DNA of 32,000 nucleotides from Candidatus Arthromitus sp. SFB-rat-Yit. GTDB lineage: Bacteria > Bacillota > Clostridia > Clostridiales > Clostridiaceae. The translations under genes were made by a program, and so were the position numbers. Positions 28,744-32,000 of the stretch are shown here, one piece after another. A model generated the notes under the pieces. That model ran no database searches. It was not told the DNA's origin and saw only the letters and a list, made by a program, of their open reading frames with translations. The first letter of the stretch is position 1. Each line of letters begins with the position of its first letter. The stretch is from the NCBI RefSeq assembly GCF_000283555.1, contig NC_016012.1, positions 480,001-512,000 on the forward strand, written 5' to 3'.

Positions 28744-29250
28744 TTAATTTTTTATTGAACTCATTATTAAAATTTTCAAAACCTTTTTTTTATATATTAA
28801 TTCCGTAATCATATCTAAATTTTTAATTATCTCATCAAATGATATATTTAAATTTAAATATAAATTGCTGTCCATTATTTGTTTTGATTTTGATAAGGTA
28901 TGCTCATTAAATGAAAAATAATTATTATTCAATTTATTAGATGATATGTTTTCAAGAAAAATTTCCTTATTGTTAATGTATAGAAAATTTATTATGTTTG
29001 GATAAAGATTAAACAAAGAAGGACTATAGAATACTAAATCATTTATTTTAATTCCGCAAAATTTTTCATATCCTAAGTTATATTCGTTAGCTGGTATGTT
29101 TTTAAAGTATACCTTTACTTCTGATTTGTTGCTTGATTTAGCAGCAGAGATAATTATGTTTTCGATTTCCTCGTTTTTGAAATCTTGTTTAATATTGTCA
29201 TGATTATTATTGCGAATAATTTTAAATTTATAATTTTGATTATTTTGCAT
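28744..29250 (-). CDS. Hypothetical protein
   Basis: 168-aa ORF, about 70 bp downstream of the RpiR-like gene on the same strand; no recognised motif. Confidence 0.5.
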   Translation of the reverse strand: MQNNQNYKFKIIRNNNHDNIKQDFKNEEIENIIISAAKSSNKSEVKVYFKNIPANEYNLGYEKFCGIKINDLVFYSPSLFNLYPNIINFLYINNKEIFLENISSNKLNNNYFSFNEHTLSKSKQIMDSNLYLNLNISFDEIIKNLDMITELIYKKKVLKILIMSSIKN

Positions 29251-29319
29251 AATAAGTCTCCATATTTTTAAAGTAATATATTAAATATTGTATTTATATT
29301 TTTAAAAAGTATGTAAGGG

Positions 29320-30054
29320 CTATTTAATTTTAATATTAATCAATTCAACGAGCCTTGAAATGATAAGATCAATAAATATGAAAAAATGACCACTGCAATT
29401 TAAGTTATATGTTTTCATTGATTTATTTTCTGGTAAAAACATAAAAAGAGAGACCATGTTGTTAATGTTTTTTAGCATTGTATTTGAGAACACAATAATT
29501 ATTTTGTTCGATAATTTTTCCAACGAATTTCTAAGAGTTATATCGTCAATTGAATCGATTATGTAAATTATAAGTTGAGAATCTTTATTTTTTGAGTTTA
29601 CTTTTAAGGATGATGTTATGTTTGTTTTAATATTTAATTGTTTTAATTTGTCTTCAAAATATTGTGCTATGATTTTGTATGATTCTGAAAAGAGAAGAGA
29701 TACTTTTTGATATTTAAATAGGAAATCTGATATTAGGTTTATATGAGTTTCATTTATATTTTTTACAAAATTATTTAACAAATCTTTTGAAATGTTAAAC
29801 ATGTTATTTTTATTTGATAATATTGTTTTGGAACATTCATTTAATATAGAAATTAAATTTTCAAAGTTATCTAAGTTTAATTTTTTACAAAATTTATTTA
29901 TTGAGTATTCACTAATGTTCATAGATAAGCTTAACTCTTTTATGCTCATTTGTGAAACTTGCGAAATATTGCACGAAATAAAATTGAAAATAAATTTTTC
30001 CTTTTCAGATAAAGAATTCAAGAAATCTCCAAACATTTCTTTAAACAAATTCAT
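29320..30054 (-). CDS. Divergent MurR/RpiR-family transcriptional regulator
   Basis: N-terminal HTH_6-like 'FLNSLSEKEKFIFNFISCNISQVSQMSIKELSLSMNISEYSINKFCKKLNLDNFENL' and C-terminal alpha/beta SIS-like region. Confidence 0.7.
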   Translation of the reverse strand: MNLFKEMFGDFLNSLSEKEKFIFNFISCNISQVSQMSIKELSLSMNISEYSINKFCKKLNLDNFENLISILNECSKTILSNKNNMFNISKDLLNNFVKNINETHINLISDFLFKYQKVSLLFSESYKIIAQYFEDKLKQLNIKTNITSSLKVNSKNKDSQLIIYIIDSIDDITLRNSLEKLSNKIIIVFSNTMLKNINNMVSLFMFLPENKSMKTYNLNCSGHFFIFIDLIISRLVELINIKIK

Positions 30055-30151
30055 GTTGTTACCACCTAGAAATTAAATTTTACGACTAATAAATTTTAAA
30101 AAATTTACGATGTTTAAATTGATTAATAAATTTTTATTAAGAGGTTTATCA

Positions 30152-30493
30152 ATGAATAGTTTATGTAAATATAAGTTTAATAAAAATATTTTTAAATATA
30201 TATTTTTGTTAATTGGGTTCGGAGGAGTTTTGGCATTTATAAATAAAATTAGATCTAGGAACCGTACAGCATATGTGAGTGATTTATGCAGCAATTTAAT
30301 GGAGTGTCATGTTTTAAATATAGATGATTATGATAAATTGGGGCATTTGGTATACAGTGATGGAACTCAGATTGTTTTAGATCAAAAAACTGGAGTGACA
30401 TCGATAGTTTTTATTAATGCTGATGGAGAAATCGAAATCGTTGAAGTATCTGATGATGATTTAAATGAATTAATTTGCAATAAAAGTTTTTAA
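30152..30493 (+). CDS. Hypothetical small membrane-anchored protein
   Basis: ORF 30110..30493; N-terminal hydrophobic segment 'FKYIFLLIGFGGVLAFI'. The start is uncertain (30110 or 30152). Confidence 0.5.
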   Translation: MNSLCKYKFNKNIFKYIFLLIGFGGVLAFINKIRSRNRTAYVSDLCSNLMECHVLNIDDYDKLGHLVYSDGTQIVLDQKTGVTSIVFINADGEIEIVEVSDDDLNELICNKSF

Positions 30494-30577
30494 TGTAGCT
30501 GAGAATTAATTCTATTAGAATTTTTTTGTGTTGTAAACCATACACAAATATTTTAAAATATTTTATAAATATTTTTG

Positions 30578-30607
30578 AATTAACCACTATTTTTATAGTG
30601 GTTAATT
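30578..30607 (+). terminator. Terminator-like hairpin just upstream of the U32 gene
   Basis: AATTAACCACTAT / ATAGTGGTTAATT, perfect 13-bp stem, TTTT loop, followed by a short T-rich run. Confidence 0.55.
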
Positions 30608-30630
30608 TTGTGTTTGGAGGAAAAAGTTTT

Positions 30631-32000
30631 ATGGCAGCTGAACTACTGGCTCCAGTTGGAAGTTATGAATCATTTATAGGTGCAATTAACGAAGGTGCGG
30701 ACGCGATATATTTGGGTGGTGAAAAATTTTCCGCTAGAGCAAACTGTGAAAAATTTTCAGATGAAGAGTTTCAAAATATGATTGACTATGCTCATGAATA
30801 TGGGGTTAAGGTTTATATTGCCTTTAATACGCTTATAAAGCAAGAAGAGTTTAAAGAAGCTTTTGAATATGGATTAAAATTGTATAATATGGGTGTGGAT
30901 GCTTTAATAGTTCAAGATACTGGACTTATACATATGTTTTCAAAATTTAAGGGTATTGAAATCCATGCGTCAACGCAATTAAGTATACATAATTTATCTG
31001 GTGCAAAGTATTTTAGGGATAATGGAACAATTCGTGTTGTAGTCGCGAGAGAATTATCGTTTGATGATATAAAAATTATTTCTGAAGAAGTTGAAACGGA
31101 AGGGTTTATACATGGAGCTATTTGTGTTAGTTATTCAGGTCAATGTACTATGAGTGGACTCATATCAGACAGAAGTGGAAATCGTGGAAGATGTGCTCAG
31201 CCATGTCGTATGGAATATTCTCTTGTAGATGATAAAGGGAGAATTCATAAGAGAGGTTTTCTTATGAGTACGAAAGATTTGATGACTATAAATATTTTGC
31301 CAAGACTTCTCAAAGAAACAAAAATTAAATCCTTAAAGATCGAAGGAAGAATGAAACGTAGTGAGTATGTCGTAAATACAGTTCGTGCTTATAAAGACAT
31401 AATAAGAAAGATTGAAGAAAATAAAGAAGTTAGTGCCTCCTACATAAGAGAAAGAGAAGAAAACTTGTTAAAGGTATTTAATAGAGAAGGATTTACAAAT
31501 GGTTATATGCTCGGTTATGAGGGTGAGAAGTTTTTATCTGTTAATAATCCTAAAAATCAAGGCGTGTATTTGGGAGATATTCTTAATGATGGATACATTA
31601 TTTTAAAGAATGATGTGGCACTTGGAGATGGAATTTCATCCTTAAATGATGGATGTATTTTGACAAAGATACTTTATAATAATGAAAAGATATCTGTAGG
31701 AAAATCTGGAATGAAGGTGAAACTATTTCCGATGAGATTTTCAAAAGGGGATAAAATTTTTAAAACTAATGATCAAAAATTTGAGAAAGAATTGAGAGAG
31801 AGTTTTAAAAAAGAGTATGCAAATAAAAATTATGTTAATGCTAACTTAATATTTGAACCCTATAAACCGATGATTTTGGAACTTACATATAAAAATCACA
31901 TCGTAAAAGTGTTTGGAGATGTTGTTGAAGAAGTCATAAATACTCCTTTAGATAGGGAAAGAATTATGACTCAATTGAAAAAGGGAAGCGTAGGAAGTTT
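30631..32000 (+). CDS. Peptidase U32 family protein (partial, continues beyond window)
   Basis: Not in the ORF track because it runs off the end. 'AELLAPVGSYESFIGAINEGADAIYLGGEKFSAR' and U32 signature 'EGFIHGAICVSYSGQCTMSGLISDRSGNRGRCAQPCRMEY'. RBS GGAGG before ATG 30631. Confidence 0.93.
   Translation, partial: MAAELLAPVGSYESFIGAINEGADAIYLGGEKFSARANCEKFSDEEFQNMIDYAHEYGVKVYIAFNTLIKQEEFKEAFEYGLKLYNMGVDALIVQDTGLIHMFSKFKGIEIHASTQLSIHNLSGAKYFRDNGTIRVVVARELSFDDIKIISEEVETEGFIHGAICVSYSGQCTMSGLISDRSGNRGRCAQPCRMEYSLVDDKGRIHKRGFLMSTKDLMTINILPRLLKETKIKSLKIEGRMKRSEYVVNTVRAYKDIIRKIEENKEVSASYIREREENLLKVFNREGFTNGYMLGYEGEKFLSVNNPKNQGVYLGDILNDGYIILKNDVALGDGISSLNDGCILTKILYNNEKISVGKSGMKVKLFPMRFSKGDKIFKTNDQKFEKELRESFKKEYANKNYVNANLIFEPYKPMILELTYKNHIVKVFGDVVEEVINTPLDRERIMTQLKKGSVGS

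Noticed and set aside
29792-30294. ORFs 29792-30076 (+) and 30073-30294 (-)
   Set aside because: Antisense to the RpiR-like gene and to the 30110..30493 ORF; no motif support.
1-32000. Search for CRISPR, transposons, toxin-antitoxin pairs, tRNA/rRNA genes
   Set aside because: No short direct repeats with spacers, transposase motifs or recognisable RNA genes were found by eye; a small tRNA or ncRNA could still be missed without tRNAscan/Infernal.

Overview
AT-rich Firmicutes/Clostridia-type chromosomal window. The very low GC and gene content resemble segmented filamentous bacteria (Candidatus Arthromitus/Savagella), but that assignment is inference. Recognisable genes: CotS-like spore coat genes, LMW protein-tyrosine phosphatase, a DUF2815-like phage ssDNA-binding protein, recJ, an orphan PAS histidine kinase, murG, a TPR membrane protein, zapA, rubrerythrin, a CDF transporter, a MATE transporter, a monofunctional GT51 transglycosylase, an RpiR-type regulator, and a U32 peptidase running off the right edge. 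The most notable content: (i) two adjacent giant exported proteins (about 1440 and 2029 aa) built from alternating FN3-like modules with a roughly 206-208 aa super-period, both ending in a DUF4214-like domain; (ii) a secreted acidic protein made of four near-identical 101-aa (303-bp) tandem repeats, preceded by three AAAAGATA boxes spaced 31-32 bp; (iii) an orphan phage SSB-like gene; (iv) a divergent NanE-like TIM barrel that seems to lack the usual catalytic motifs, near a divergent RpiR-like regulator. No CRISPR array, rRNA, tRNA or complete mobile element was seen.
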